From the sequence record MK373782.1: 64,000 bases of DNA. One strand, 5' to 3'. Below are positions 63,069-64,000 of the stretch, piece after piece. Numbering within the stretch: position 1 is the first letter of the stretch; every line of letters starts with the position of its first letter. The notes beneath the pieces are model-generated. The model did not search any database. It worked only from the letters and a program-made list of their open reading frames with translations, and had not been told where the DNA came from. Origin of the DNA: Escherichia phage vB_EcoM_KAW3E185. A program made the position numbers and the translations under genes.

Positions 63069-64000
63069 TATAAACCTGTCTGGGACCACGGTCCAAATAC
63101 GTCTTCAAACGAATCCGCTTCTGTTTTATCAAAACGGAACCCTTTAATAATTGGGAGGAAAATACCTACAGTGCCTTCACGTCCTTTAGAATGAACCCAA
63201 CCATTGCATTCACAATCAGCAATACGTCCAATCAATTTACCTTCACGAGCTTCGGTCATTAATCGTTCACGGTCCAAATCATGTCGCTCATCTAAAGGAA
63301 TAAGAACCTTTACACCATCAACTGTTTTATGAGTTGTATCTTTAAACCCTGAACCACAATCGGTTGTAATACGACGACAACGTGATACGAGTTCGACACC
63401 ACCTAATTTGTTAGGGTCTTTAGAGTGTTCATAGTATCCTACAACTTCTAAAGCGATATCAATAACTTCTTTAAACTTAATTAGGTTCTTAGAGCGTTTG
63501 TTTTCCCAATATGAATCACGGTTTTTAAGGATAATACCTTCAAGACCTTGGTCAACATATTTTTTATAAACCACTTTAGCTTCGTCAAGATTACGAACTA
63601 ACTGATTTTCAATTGGCTCAATTCGTTTAAAGCCTTCAGCCATATTTTCAAGAGCAGCAAAACGAACATCGTATTTCTGACCTTTAATTTTGCCATCAGA
63701 ATAGACTTCATCTAAAGGAACATAGTCCCAGGCTTGAAGAACCATACCTTCAGCTTCTTTAGGAGAAATAGTCCCTTGAAGAGATTTATTTGCTAAACCG
63801 TTTGAAGTGCTACGGTCCGCAACTTGTACTTCTTCGGATTCTTCATTATCACCAAATAAGAACGACAGGTCATTTCCTGAGCTCACAGCCTTTTTAATAT
63901 CAAATGAATGGTAAACTAATTCACCGTCGATTAAAACCCCATTAGGGTGTCTTTCACGAGCTTCTTTAGTCATTTCCATTAGTTCATCCGCTAATAGAGT
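63068..64000 (-). CDS. 30: ATP-dependent DNA ligase, partial - N-terminus beyond window end
   Basis: Ligase motifs EGIILK and K-x-K region; frame remains open to position 64000, so the ORF-track start at 63979 is an artefact. Confidence 0.85.
   Translation of the reverse strand, partial: TLLADELMEMTKEARERHPNGVLIDGELVYHSFDIKKAVSSGNDLSFLFGDNEESEEVQVADRSTSNGLANKSLQGTISPKEAEGMVLQAWDYVPLDEVYSDGKIKGQKYDVRFAALENMAEGFKRIEPIENQLVRNLDEAKVVYKKYVDQGLEGIILKNRDSYWENKRSKNLIKFKEVIDIALEVVGYYEHSKDPNKLGGVELVSRCRRITTDCGSGFKDTTHKTVDGVKVLIPLDERHDLDRERLMTEAREGKLIGRIADCECNGWVHSKGREGTVGIFLPIIKGFRFDKTEADSFEDVFGPWSQTGL

Noticed and set aside
63068-63979. Complete 303-aa ORF starting at Met 63979
   Set aside because: The reading frame stays open from 63980 to the window end and the protein matches only the C-terminal two thirds of a DNA ligase; the true start lies beyond the window.

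Overview
This window is a contiguous segment of a T4-like (Tevenvirinae-type) myovirus genome. From about 11.5 kb to the end it carries the conserved T4 gene order: 57B/57A/1/3/2/4 on the minus strand, then 53, 5, 5.1, 5.4, 6-12, wac, 13-24 on the plus strand, followed by rnlB, hoc, inh, uvsW, uvsY, 25, 26, 51, 27, 28, 29, 48, 54, alt and the 3' part of DNA ligase (gene 30). Two GIY-YIG homing endonuclease genes interrupt this backbone, and T4-type late promoters (TATAAATA), one MotA-type middle promoter upstream of uvsY, and GC-hairpin terminators are readable. The first about 11.5 kb (minus strand, downstream of lysozyme e and nudE) is a hyperplastic accessory region of small genes of unknown function, most with their own early promoter stem-loop (PeSL-like) cassette; it also holds two tRNA genes, a non-coding tRNA-like region, and three internal-protein-like genes carrying the T4 capsid targeting sequence. 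The most interesting candidates for an undescribed system are in this region: (i) five small genes, four of them predicted two-helix membrane proteins, sharing a C-terminal E-x-F-I-K-E-C-R tail, and (ii) three tandem paralogs ending in G-x-W-V-S-S-S-x-x-Cys. A 318-aa protein with a nucleotidyltransferase-like motif and a second MotA-type promoter copy in the gene 3 / gene 2 spacer are also worth follow-up. All calls rest on reading the sequence and the supplied ORF track against remembered T4 proteins; no database search was run. The ORF track appears to allow TTG/GTG starts, so several starts were moved to internal ATG codons with a Shine-Dalgarno sequence. Hand-placed coordinates of promoters, terminators and RNAs may be off by 1-3 nt.
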